This document shows, piece by piece, positions 46,361-55,135 of a stretch of 55,360 nt of DNA. The notes under the pieces are model-generated. The model ran no database searches. It was not told the DNA's origin and saw only the letters and a program-made list of their open reading frames with translations. Position 1 is the stretch's first letter. Every line of letters begins with the position of its first letter. The stretch lies in contig DATBGG010000035.1 of NCBI GenBank assembly GCA_036558065.1, positions 1 through 55,360 of the forward strand, in the 5' to 3' direction. The stretch comes from Gaiellaceae bacterium (GTDB lineage Bacteria > Actinomycetota > Thermoleophilia > Gaiellales > Gaiellaceae). The translations under genes were made by a program, and so were the position numbers.

Positions 46361-46828
46361 ATGGCCGCAGCTGCTCTGGTCGGCGGGATCTTCCTGCTCG
46401 CGCTCGTCGCCGGGTTCCTCCCGTTCATCTCCGTCGAGCTCGCGCTCCTCGCCTCTGCGGCGACCCACGGCTCGATCGGCCTGCTGCTCGCTCTGGCGGT
46501 CGCAGCGGCAGCCGGGATGATGATCGGCAAGAGCTGCTTCTTCCTGGGAGGCCGGAGCGCGCTCGCCTGGGCTCGGTGCCGGCCTCGGCGCCGACGCGTC
46601 CGCCTCCCCGGGTTCGTCAACCGTGCGACGAACCGCCCTCAGGTCGCTGCCGCAACCGTGTTCGTCTCGGCGGCGACGGGAGTTCCGCCGTTCGCCGTCG
46701 TCTCGCCGCTCGCAGGCAGCTGGCGCCTACGGCTCTCGTCGTTCCTCGTGGTCGGCTTCGCCGGGAAGTCGGCGCGCTTCGCCGGGCTCGTCCTCGTTCC
46801 CGGGCTGCTAGCTGCGCTCCACCCGTGA
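46361..46828 (+). CDS. Hypothetical membrane protein
   Basis: 155 aa, about 4 hydrophobic segments. No family recognised. Confidence 0.5.
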   Translation: MAAAALVGGIFLLALVAGFLPFISVELALLASAATHGSIGLLLALAVAAAAGMMIGKSCFFLGGRSALAWARCRPRRRRVRLPGFVNRATNRPQVAAATVFVSAATGVPPFAVVSPLAGSWRLRLSSFLVVGFAGKSARFAGLVLVPGLLAALHP

Positions 46829-47467
46829 GCCGCCGACGATCGCCTCGCGGCCGTCGGCGAGCCTGACGAGCAGCTTGCCCTTCCCGTCGTAGTCGGGCGA
46901 GTCGACGACGATCGTCGCCTCCTCGCCGCCGACGCGGCAGCGATCGCCGACCTCGTCGTCGAGCCCGCGCCAGTAGCGGACGAACGCGTTCTGCTCCCAC
47001 TCGCGCCCGATCGTCGTCTCGTCGGTGTGACCGGGCAGCACGCGGAGCTCGTGCGGGAGCGCCATCAGGACGTCCATCACCGAGCGCTTGATCGCCGGCA
47101 CGTCCCGCCCGCCGCCGACCGCGTCCCTGAACAGGATGTCGCCCGAGAAACAGAGCTCGCCGTTGACGACGAACGCGAGGTGGTCGGACGAGTGCCCCGG
47201 AGTGGGCAGCGCCTCGACGTGGAGGCCGCCGGTGTCGAACGAGCGCGTGACGACGGGGAGGCCGAGCTCCGCCTCGTGCGCCACGTGGTCGGGATCCGCG
47301 TGCGTACGCAGGACGTGTCCCGGCCGCACGTTCCAGCGGTCCGCCGCCTCGAGCAAGGGCTCCATCGGCGCTCCCGAGTCGACGAAGACGGCCGTGCCGC
47401 CCTCCTCGTCCGCCAGGAGGTAGGCGTTCGACAGCCAGCCCGGGTCCATGCTCCGCTCGACCAACAT
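46808..47467 (-). CDS. MBL-fold metallo-hydrolase with a short C-terminal extra domain
   Basis: 219 aa. AYLLADEEGGTAVFVDSG, THADPDH and TPGHSSDH motifs. Confidence 0.8.
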   Translation of the reverse strand: MLVERSMDPGWLSNAYLLADEEGGTAVFVDSGAPMEPLLEAADRWNVRPGHVLRTHADPDHVAHEAELGLPVVTRSFDTGGLHVEALPTPGHSSDHLAFVVNGELCFSGDILFRDAVGGGRDVPAIKRSVMDVLMALPHELRVLPGHTDETTIGREWEQNAFVRYWRGLDDEVGDRCRVGGEEATIVVDSPDYDGKGKLLVRLADGREAIVGGSRVERS

Positions 47468-47506
47468 CGCTCGTTAGGCTACTGGCGAAGCGACGAGGAG
47501 GAACAC

Positions 47507-48238
47507 GTGGCAAGCCTGTGGGACCGAACGATGACCGTCATCAAGTCCAAGTGGAACAAGATGCTGAACCGGGCCGAGAACCCGAACGAGACGCTCGACT
47601 ACTCGTACGAGAAGCAGCTCGAGCTGCTCCAGAACGTGAAGCGCGGCGTCGCGGACGTGGTGACCGCGAAGAAGCGGCTCCAGCTCCAGTCGGACAAGCT
47701 CGAGGCGAGCGTGCCGAAGCTCGAAGGGCAGGCTCGCGAGGCGCTGGCCGCGAATCGCGAGGATCTCGCCCGGATGGCGCTCGAGCGGAAGACCGCGGCG
47801 CAGGCGCAGCTGCAGGATCTCGACCGGCAGGTCGGCGAGCTCGAGCAGCAGCAGGCGAAGCTCGAGGCGAACGAGAAGGCGCTCGCGACCAAGGTCGAGA
47901 GCTTCCGCAGCCAGAAGGAAGTGATGAAGGCCCAGTACTCGGCCGCGGAGGCCTCCGTGCGGATCGGCGAGGCGTCGACGGGGATCGGCGACCAGATGGC
48001 CGACGCAGGTGCCGCGATCGAGCGCGCGCGCGACAAGACCGAGGAGATGCAGGCGCGCGCATCCGCGATGGACGAGCTGATCGCCTCCGGCACGCTCGAG
48101 GACTACACCTCCGGCGGAGAGACGCAGCTCGATCGTGAGCTCGCGCAGCTGACGTCGAAGTCGAAGGTGGACGACGAGCTGGAGAAGATGAAGGCCGAGA
48201 TCGGCACCGGGTCGGGCCAGAAGGAGCTCGAGCAGTAG
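47507..48238 (+). CDS. pspA: PspA/IM30-family protein
   Basis: 243 aa from GTG 47507 (GAGGAGG upstream). N-terminal amphipathic helix plus NRAENPNETLDYSYEKQ, then a long coiled coil. Confidence 0.9.
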   Translation: MASLWDRTMTVIKSKWNKMLNRAENPNETLDYSYEKQLELLQNVKRGVADVVTAKKRLQLQSDKLEASVPKLEGQAREALAANREDLARMALERKTAAQAQLQDLDRQVGELEQQQAKLEANEKALATKVESFRSQKEVMKAQYSAAEASVRIGEASTGIGDQMADAGAAIERARDKTEEMQARASAMDELIASGTLEDYTSGGETQLDRELAQLTSKSKVDDELEKMKAEIGTGSGQKELEQ

Positions 48239-48291
48239 AGCACGTCTCCCACTGGGACGACGTCGAGGCCATCCGCCGCGAGAAAGGCGAG

Positions 48292-49140
48292 ATGGCCGCG
48301 ACGTGGCAGCGTCTCGGCGACGCGGTCGGGTGCACGACGGTCGGGGTCAACCGTGTCCGGATCGAGCCGGGGCGACTCTCGACTCCTCCCCACTCGCACG
48401 GCGCCTCCGAGGAGCTCGTCTTCGTGCTGGGCGGTTCGGGCCTGTCCTGGCAGGACGAGCAGGTCTACGAGCTTCGGCCCGGGGACTGCATCGTCCATCT
48501 CGCCGACCACGAGGAGCACACGCTGCACGGCGGCCCCGACGGGCTCGAGGTGCTGATCTGCGGCACGCGCCATCCGACGGAGCTCGGCTGGCTGCCGCGC
48601 TCGAAGGCGATCCGGCTCGGGTGGCCGTGGGTCGAGGGACGCACGGATGACCCGTGGGAGATCGAGGCCGAGGCGCCCCCGCTCGAGCTCGGCGATCCGG
48701 CTCCTCGCCCGACGAACATCGTCAACGTCGACGACGCCGAGCCGCTCGCGCTCGCGAGAGGCGACTCGGAGCTCGAGATCCGCTACCTCGCGCGTGAAGC
48801 TGGTGCAAGCCGCACGGGCATGCGCCACTACACGATCGCGGCGGGCAAGCTCGACGGCGAGCCGCACTGCCACGCGTCCGAGGTCGAGTTCTTCCTCGTG
48901 CTCGACGGCGACGGAGCGGTGCTACTCGGAGAGGACGAGATCCCGTTGCGACCCGGCTCGTTCGTCGGCCGTCCGCCGGGCACGGGCGTGGCGCACGCCT
49001 TCCGCGGCCCGCTGACGCTGATCACCTACGGGACGAACGAGCCGGGCGAGGTCTGCTACTACCCGCGTTCCGGGAAGCTCAAGTTCTGGGGCGTCGACGC
49101 GCAAATCGACGCTGAGCCTCTCACCCGGTTCTGGGACTAG
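48292..49140 (+). CDS. Bicupin protein (the true start may lie upstream)
   Basis: Two cupin repeats (PPHSHGASEELVFVLGGSG; PHCHASEVEFFLVLDGDG). The frame is open from 48139 and encodes family-like HVSHWDDVE before the first ATG. Confidence 0.75.
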   Translation: MAATWQRLGDAVGCTTVGVNRVRIEPGRLSTPPHSHGASEELVFVLGGSGLSWQDEQVYELRPGDCIVHLADHEEHTLHGGPDGLEVLICGTRHPTELGWLPRSKAIRLGWPWVEGRTDDPWEIEAEAPPLELGDPAPRPTNIVNVDDAEPLALARGDSELEIRYLAREAGASRTGMRHYTIAAGKLDGEPHCHASEVEFFLVLDGDGAVLLGEDEIPLRPGSFVGRPPGTGVAHAFRGPLTLITYGTNEPGEVCYYPRSGKLKFWGVDAQIDAEPLTRFWD

Positions 49141-49934
49141 CGCTGTGCGGACTCGATCGCGGCCGCGATCGACGCCGTGTCGGTCAGCGACGGCATGGAC
49201 ACCTTGCTCAACGCGCCGCCTGACTTGCCGACGAGGATCGTCGGCGTCTCCCTGACGTCGTCCTGCTCAGCCTGGGCGTCCAGGGCTCGAGCCTGCGTGC
49301 TGACCGTCGAGGAGCCCCGTGCGCTGAGCAACCGCGGCACGTCGAGGCCCGGGATGCTCGCCGCAGCGGACTTGACCATGGCGTCGTCCAGCCAGCCTGA
49401 GTTCTCCACGCCCTGGTTGAAGTAGAGGAGCTGGCTGAAGTTGAAGAAGCGGTTCTGCTGCGCCGCGGCCAGGGCAGCGGAGCGGCCTCGCTCCGAGTCG
49501 GGCCCGATAAACGCGATCGGCCTCGCCTCGACCTTCACCTTGCCCGTGCGCACGTAGCGCCTGATCAGGCTCGGCATCGCCTGCGTCTCGAAGACCTGGC
49601 AGGCCGGGCACTGCAGGTCGATGTACTCGACCAGCGTGGCCGCCGCGTTCGGCGAGCCGAGGACCCTGCCGTTCTGGGGAATGCCCTTCAGGAGGCTGTT
49701 CACGTCCGTGGCGCCCGGCAGGGCGCTCTCCAGGGAGCCCCGTGCGGGTGTCGAGCTCGACGACGACCCACCGGTGAGCACGAAGCCGAGCACGATGGCC
49801 AGCACGATCAGCGCGACGACGACAGCCGCTCCGATCAAGACCTTCGGAGAAGCACGGCGCCGTCCGCCCACAGGCGGCGGCGTCGGGGCTCGCGCCTCGC
49901 GGCGCTTGCGCTTGGTCGCGCGGGCGCTCGTCAT
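49137..49934 (-). CDS. DsbA-family thiol:disulfide oxidoreductase, membrane-anchored
   Basis: 265 aa. Basic N-terminus plus a TM segment. CPAC active site in TLVEYIDLQCPACQVF. Paralogous to 10794-11489. Confidence 0.85.
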   Translation of the reverse strand: MTSARATKRKRREARAPTPPPVGGRRRASPKVLIGAAVVVALIVLAIVLGFVLTGGSSSSSTPARGSLESALPGATDVNSLLKGIPQNGRVLGSPNAAATLVEYIDLQCPACQVFETQAMPSLIRRYVRTGKVKVEARPIAFIGPDSERGRSAALAAAQQNRFFNFSQLLYFNQGVENSGWLDDAMVKSAAASIPGLDVPRLLSARGSSTVSTQARALDAQAEQDDVRETPTILVGKSGGALSKVSMPSLTDTASIAAAIESAQR

Positions 49935-50491
49935 TCTCGTTCAGAGGGTAGCCGTGGGTCGAAGACCGCGAGCAGGAGAAACGAGAAGACGAGGCCGAAG
50001 GCGGTGAGGGCGAGCGTCGGGATCGTGACGTAGCCGAATTCGTCGACCCAGCGGACCGCGCACCCGCCCGGAGCCGAGAGCTGACAGCCCTGGCTCTCCC
50101 GCACGACGCCGTTCTCGACCAGGAGGTGGTAGGCGGAGAAGCCGGCGCCGATCACGGGAAGCGGCAGCAGGTAGCGGGCGATCCGATGGTCGTCGGCGAG
50201 CGCCGCGAGGAACGTCAGCAGCGCGAGCGGGTACATGAAGATGCGCTGGAACCAGCAGAGCTCACACGGCACGAAGTGGGCCACCTCCGAGAAGAAGAGA
50301 CTTCCGGCGGTCGCGGTCCCGGCCACCAGGAACGCCAGCCACAGCTCGTAGCCCCACACCAGGCTTCGGAACCTGGCCAGCGGCTTGGAAGCCCCGAACA
50401 GAGCGAGCAAGCCGAGAACGAGCAGCAGGCCGAGGAGCACCTGGCCGACGACGCCGAGCGCCGCGAGGCCGACGGTGACCGCGTGCGTCAT
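49931..50491 (-). CDS. dsbB: DsbB/BdbC-type disulfide bond formation protein B
   Basis: 186 aa. [13 protein letters not shown] motif and a second Cys pair (CQLSAPGGC). ATGA overlap with the dsbA-like start. Confidence 0.85.
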   Translation of the reverse strand: MTHAVTVGLAALGVVGQVLLGLLLVLGLLALFGASKPLARFRSLVWGYELWLAFLVAGTATAGSLFFSEVAHFVPCELCWFQRIFMYPLALLTFLAALADDHRIARYLLPLPVIGAGFSAYHLLVENGVVRESQGCQLSAPGGCAVRWVDEFGYVTIPTLALTAFGLVFSFLLLAVFDPRLPSERE

Positions 50492-50494
50492 CCG

Positions 50495-51064
50495 CTAGAT
50501 CGGAGCGTCGAAGAGGGCCAGCCAGCGCGAGAGGTCTTGCTCGATCGGGAGCTCCTTCTCGAGCTTCGCCTTCAGCTCAAGCTCCTCGGCGTTGTCGCGC
50601 TCCTTGCCCTCGCCCGTGGGGACGAACGGCCAGTAGGCGCCGCGCTTGAAGCCGTAGATGAAGTAGACCGGGTGCTCGCCGCCCCTGAACTTGAACGCGG
50701 CGGCGAGCAGCTGCTCACCGAACCCGTGCGCGACGAGCTCCGACGCGACGAGGTGCACACCGGCGACGAGCTCCTCGAAGTCGTTGTCGCGCACGATCAG
50801 CCACTCGAACCCGAACTCGTCGCCGCGCCGCTCGACCTTCGAGTGCGACTCCTGCGCGACGGTGTCGAGGAGCTCCTGAAGCTCGTTCTCGGCGCGGACG
50901 AACTCGGCCGCCGAGAGTGGCTTGAAGACCACGGCCGCGTCCCCGGTCGGCTTCAGCCCAAGCTCGGTCTCGAGCGTGATCCGCGCCGTCGAGATCGCGA
51001 AGAGCTTCTCCTGCTGCGCCTTGGGGAGCTTCTTCCGACCGAACAGGACGTCGGTCAATCCCAA
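50495..51064 (-). CDS. Conserved hypothetical soluble acidic protein co-transcribed with htpX
   Basis: 189 aa, no TM segment, starting 1 nt after the htpX stop. No motif I can name. Confidence 0.65.
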   Translation of the reverse strand: MGLTDVLFGRKKLPKAQQEKLFAISTARITLETELGLKPTGDAAVVFKPLSAAEFVRAENELQELLDTVAQESHSKVERRGDEFGFEWLIVRDNDFEELVAGVHLVASELVAHGFGEQLLAAAFKFRGGEHPVYFIYGFKRGAYWPFVPTGEGKERDNAEELELKAKLEKELPIEQDLSRWLALFDAPI

Positions 51065-51065
51065 G

Positions 51066-51989
51066 CTAGAACGTGCCTGGGTCGACCGGGCGGCCCATCT
51101 CGCGCGAGATCTCGGCGAGGCGGGCGAGGCGCTTCTCCAGCGGCGGGTGCGTCATGAACAGCTCGGACCCGGCCTTCTTCCATCCCGCCGGGACGATGAA
51201 GAAGGCGTTCATGCCTGCCACCTCGCGCAGGTCCTGCTGCGGGATCTGCGTGATCCGGCTCGCGATCTTCTGGAGCGCCGACATCAGGTTCTCGGGAGCG
51301 CCCGTGATCAGCGCGGAGCCTCGATCTGCCGCGTACTCCCGGTAGCGCGAGATCATCATGATCAGCATCCAGCTGATCACGTACGTGAGAAGCGAGACCG
51401 CGAACATGATCAGCCAGACGGGCGCGCCGGAGTTCCGGTCGCGATCGCCGCCGCTGAACATTCCGCCCCAGAGCCCGAAGCGCGCGAGCATCGCAGCGAC
51501 CATCGAGAAGAAGCTCGCGATCGTCATCACGGCCACGTCCCGGTTGGCCACGTGCGTCAGCTCGTGGGCGAGGACGCCCTCGACCTCCTGCGGCTCGAGC
51601 CGGTTCCAGAGGCCCTGGGTGACCGCGACGACCGCGTGCTTCTGGTTGCGGCCGGTCGCGAACGCGTTCGGCACCTCGGTCGGGATCACCGCCACGCGCG
51701 GCTTCGGCAGGTCGGCCATCGCAGCCAGCCGCTCGACCATCGCGTGCAGCTCGGGTGCTTCGTCAGGCCCGACGACCTTCGCGCCCGAGGCCATCAACGC
51801 GATCTTGTCAGACGTGAAGTACTGCAGGAAGGCGAGCCCGCCCATGATCAGGACGACGACGAAGATCCCCACGTTGAGGACGTTCACCATTACGACGAAG
51901 AACACGATGTAGAGCAGGCCGAGCGTGAACATCGTCAGGAACATGCGGCTCGAGAGGCCGAAGTCGCGTCCGTACGCCTTGCGTTTCAT
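51066..51989 (-). CDS. htpX: HtpX-type M48 zinc metalloprotease
   Basis: 307 aa. HELTHV zinc motif, N-terminal TM pair, EYAADRG. Confidence 0.95.
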   Translation of the reverse strand: MKRKAYGRDFGLSSRMFLTMFTLGLLYIVFFVVMVNVLNVGIFVVVLIMGGLAFLQYFTSDKIALMASGAKVVGPDEAPELHAMVERLAAMADLPKPRVAVIPTEVPNAFATGRNQKHAVVAVTQGLWNRLEPQEVEGVLAHELTHVANRDVAVMTIASFFSMVAAMLARFGLWGGMFSGGDRDRNSGAPVWLIMFAVSLLTYVISWMLIMMISRYREYAADRGSALITGAPENLMSALQKIASRITQIPQQDLREVAGMNAFFIVPAGWKKAGSELFMTHPPLEKRLARLAEISREMGRPVDPGTF

Positions 51990-52004
51990 CGAGAATCGCG
52001 CTCC

Positions 52005-53435
52005 TTGAAGCGGTTGGGAACCAGAATTCTAGCCGCCGGCCTGCTCGTAGCCGCGCTTGCTATCGCCGGGCCGGCGCGCGCGGAGCGCGCCCGCGTCATC
52101 GTGGCCCGGCCTCCTGCCAACGCAGCGATCGGGCTGCTCGTCGCGGGCCGCGGGAAGACCGTCAGCGGCGCCAAGGCGGCCGAGGTGCTCTCCAAAGTGC
52201 CCCGGGAGGCGTGTCCGTGCCCGGTCACGATCTACGTCACCCTGCCCGGCCCCGAGGAGCACAACGTCCGTCGCTTTCGCATCGGGATCGCCGGCGGCGG
52301 CTACCAGGGCTTGCTCGTCTCCGACCGCACAAAGGTTCCCGGGCTCGTCTCGCTGTACGACATCGAGCCGACGGTGAAGGCGCTCGAGCGCGGCGGGACA
52401 CCGCCCGTCACCTCGCGCGCCGCCGACGATCCGGAGCAGACGCTCCTGGCGCTCGACCGCCGGCTGGCGGACGCGCACGACTCGCGCGGCCCGGCGGCCT
52501 ACGTCGTCTTCGGGCTCGGCGTGCTCTTCGCGCTGCTCGCGCTGACACTGCGTTCGGAGCTCTGGGGACGAGGCGCGCTCCTCGTCGGGCCGGTGGCGCT
52601 CGCGTCGGCGCTGGCGCTGAGCGCGCTCGAGGTGACGCGACCGCGGAACGTCGGCCTCTCCCTGCTCCTGCTGGTCGGAGCGGGTGCGCCTGCCCTCGCC
52701 GCTCTCACGCGCTCGCGACTCGTCTTGGCGGGAGCGCTGCTCGCGGTCTTCGTCGGCTACGGGCTCGTCCTGGCCTTCACGACCGAGACGAGCTCGCTGG
52801 CCGCGTTCGGCCCGCACCCGGACGGCGGCGTGCGCTTCTACGGGATCTCGAACCAGGTGGAGACGCTGCTGCTCGTGCCCGGGCTCCTCGGCGCTGCTCT
52901 GCTCGGCTCGGCGCTCCTCCCGGTCGTCGCGGTCCCCGTCCTGGTCGTCGTGGGCGCGAGCGGCCTCGGCGCCGACGGAGGCGGCGTGCTCGTCTTCGCG
53001 GCGGGCTACCTCTTCCTCTGGCTCCGGCTTCGGCGCGTGCCGCTCAGGGCGAGGAACGTCGCGCTCGCGGCGGGGGGAGCGGTCGTCGCGGGGCTCGTGC
53101 TCGTGGGGCTCGACGCGGCGCTCGGCGGATCGAGCCACGTCACACGCACACTTGGCGACGGCCCCGGGGCGCTGGCCGGGGAGGTGGCGCACCGCTGGAG
53201 CGTGTCGCTCGACGGCTATGTGTCGTCGTGGCAGGCGACCGTGATCATCACGGCGGGGCTCGCGACCCTCGTCTGGCTCGGCCTGCGCAAGCCGCGGTAT
53301 GCCGTCGTCGACGCGACGCTCGTCGCGCTGGCCGTCTCGCTCGTCGTCAACGACTCGCCGCGCGATGTCGTCTCGTACGGCGCGATCTCGTGCGCGGCCC
53401 TGCGGTTCTGGAACGAGGCGCGACGGGTTCAGTAG
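52005..53435 (+). CDS. Hypothetical polytopic membrane protein with an N-terminal extracytoplasmic domain
   Basis: About 476 aa. Start is uncertain (TTG 52005 or 52014). Signal-like ILAAGLLVAALAIAGPARA, then about 10 Ala/Leu/Gly-rich TM segments. Confidence 0.6.
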   Translation: MKRLGTRILAAGLLVAALAIAGPARAERARVIVARPPANAAIGLLVAGRGKTVSGAKAAEVLSKVPREACPCPVTIYVTLPGPEEHNVRRFRIGIAGGGYQGLLVSDRTKVPGLVSLYDIEPTVKALERGGTPPVTSRAADDPEQTLLALDRRLADAHDSRGPAAYVVFGLGVLFALLALTLRSELWGRGALLVGPVALASALALSALEVTRPRNVGLSLLLLVGAGAPALAALTRSRLVLAGALLAVFVGYGLVLAFTTETSSLAAFGPHPDGGVRFYGISNQVETLLLVPGLLGAALLGSALLPVVAVPVLVVVGASGLGADGGGVLVFAAGYLFLWLRLRRVPLRARNVALAAGGAVVAGLVLVGLDAALGGSSHVTRTLGDGPGALAGEVAHRWSVSLDGYVSSWQATVIITAGLATLVWLGLRKPRYAVVDATLVALAVSLVVNDSPRDVVSYGAISCAALRFWNEARRVQ

Positions 53436-53446
53436 ACTCGCCGTTC

Positions 53447-53836
53447 GTGGCCCGCGCACTGCTCATCGTCCTCGGAGCGCTCCTGCTCGCCGGCTGCGGA
53501 GGCGAGAAGACCGTGTCGCCGACCGGTCCCGTCGAGGGGACGCTTCCGAAGGCCCAGCCCGCGAATCCGGCCGAGGGCAAGAAGGTCTTCGACTCGAACG
53601 GCTGCGGGAGCTGCCACACGCTCGCCGCTGCGAACGCGACGGGCAAGGTCGGTCCGGACCTCGACGACGCGCTCAAGGGGAAGGACGACGCGTTCATCAA
53701 GGAGTCGGTGACCGACCCGAACGCCGAGATCGCCCAGGGCTTCTCGCCGGGGATCATGCCCCAGAGCTACGGCTCGCAGCTCACGTCGCAGCAGCTGAAC
53801 GATCTCGTCGCGTTCCTCAAGACCTCGACGCAGTGA
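53447..53836 (+). CDS. Lipoprotein class I cytochrome c
   Basis: 129 aa from GTG 53447. Lipobox LLAGC, heme motif CGSCH, and distal Met in GIMPQ. Confidence 0.85.
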   Translation: MARALLIVLGALLLAGCGGEKTVSPTGPVEGTLPKAQPANPAEGKKVFDSNGCGSCHTLAAANATGKVGPDLDDALKGKDDAFIKESVTDPNAEIAQGFSPGIMPQSYGSQLTSQQLNDLVAFLKTSTQ

Positions 53837-55032
53837 TCGACCTCAAGGCTGCGCGGGCGGAGCCGGAGCGCTTCCGGGCGGCCGTCGCGCGCAAGGGCGC
53901 CGGCGAGGCGTTCGACAAGCTGCTCGAAGCGGACGCGCAGTGGCGTGAGCTCGTGCCGCAGGTGGACGAGCTTCGCGGGCGTCAGAAGATCCAGGGCAAG
54001 CCGACGCCGGAACAAGTGGAGGGGCTGAAGCAGGTCAAGGAGGATCTACGACGGCTCGAGGACGCGCTCGCGGCGGCCGAGGCGGCTCGCGACGAGCTTC
54101 TGCAGCAGGTGCCGAACCCGCCGCACGAGTCCGTGCCGGACGCTGAGGAAGAAGACTCCGAAGGTCACATCGAACGGGTCGTCGGCGACCCGACGCCTCC
54201 CGGCCCGGAGCATCTCGAGCTCGGCCGGTTCGACATGGAGCGCGCGGCGCGCGTCTCGGGGGCGCGCTTCGGCTACGTCATCGGCGACACGGCGCTCCTC
54301 TCCCTGGCGCTCTACCGCTGGGCGTTGGATCGCGCCGTCGCGGCCGGCTTCAAGCCCGTGTTGCCGCCCGTGCTCGTCCGCGAAGAGGCGATGTACGGCA
54401 CCGGCTTCTTCCCGGCCGAGAAGAACGAGTACTACGAGATCGGCGAGGACGGCCTCTACCTGACGGGCACGTCCGAGGTGGCCCTGGCGGGACTGCACAT
54501 GGGCGAGATCATCGAGTCGGAGTCGCTACCGCTCCGGTACACGGCGTTCTCGACGAACTTCCGGCGCGAGGCCGGCGCGGCCGGTCGTGACACACGCGGG
54601 ATGTTTCGCGTTCACCAGTTCAACAAGGTGGAGCTGTTCGCGTACATGCTTCCCGACGAGTCGTGGGACGAGTTCGAACGCATCCTCGGGCTCGAGGAGG
54701 CGAACGTGCAGGAGCTCGGCCTTCCGTACCGCGTCGTCAACATCGCGGCCGGCGACCTGAGCTCGGCAGCGGCGAAGCGGTACGACATCGAGGCGTGGTT
54801 CCCGAGTCAGGAGCGCTACCGCGAGCTGACGTCGGCCTCGAACACGACGGACTTCCAGGCCCGCCGCCTGGGCATCCGCTACCGCCGGAACGGCTCGATC
54901 GAGCAGGTGCACACGCTGAACGGCACGGCCGTGACGGACCGGTGGGCACTGGCGATCCTGGAGAACTTCCAGGGCGACGTCCCCGAGGTCTTGCGGCAGT
55001 ACGGCGCGCCCGCAAAGGTCGCCGCCGACTAA
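53833..55032 (+). CDS. serS: Seryl-tRNA synthetase
   Basis: 399 aa, GTG start in a GTGA overlap with the cytochrome c stop. Class II motifs (FRREAGAAG, TLNGTAV) and an N-terminal coiled-coil arm. Confidence 0.95.
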   Translation: MIDLKAARAEPERFRAAVARKGAGEAFDKLLEADAQWRELVPQVDELRGRQKIQGKPTPEQVEGLKQVKEDLRRLEDALAAAEAARDELLQQVPNPPHESVPDAEEEDSEGHIERVVGDPTPPGPEHLELGRFDMERAARVSGARFGYVIGDTALLSLALYRWALDRAVAAGFKPVLPPVLVREEAMYGTGFFPAEKNEYYEIGEDGLYLTGTSEVALAGLHMGEIIESESLPLRYTAFSTNFRREAGAAGRDTRGMFRVHQFNKVELFAYMLPDESWDEFERILGLEEANVQELGLPYRVVNIAAGDLSSAAAKRYDIEAWFPSQERYRELTSASNTTDFQARRLGIRYRRNGSIEQVHTLNGTAVTDRWALAILENFQGDVPEVLRQYGAPAKVAAD

Positions 55033-55047
55033 CTACGATGGCTGTCC

Positions 55048-55134
55048 GGCGGGGTGCCGGAGCGGTCGAACGGGGCAGTCTTGAAAACTGTTGGCCCTTC
55101 ACGGGGCCCGTGAGTTCGAATCTCACCCCCGCCG
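55048..55134 (+). tRNA. tRNA-Ser (anticodon UGA), no encoded CCA
   Basis: Hand-folded. Acceptor ggcgggg/ccccgcc, D stem ccg/cgg, anticodon stem gcagt/actgt with loop cTTGAaa, long variable arm ggccc/gggcc, T arm gtgag-ttcgaat-ctcac, discriminator g. Confidence 0.9.
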
Positions 55135-55135
55135 C

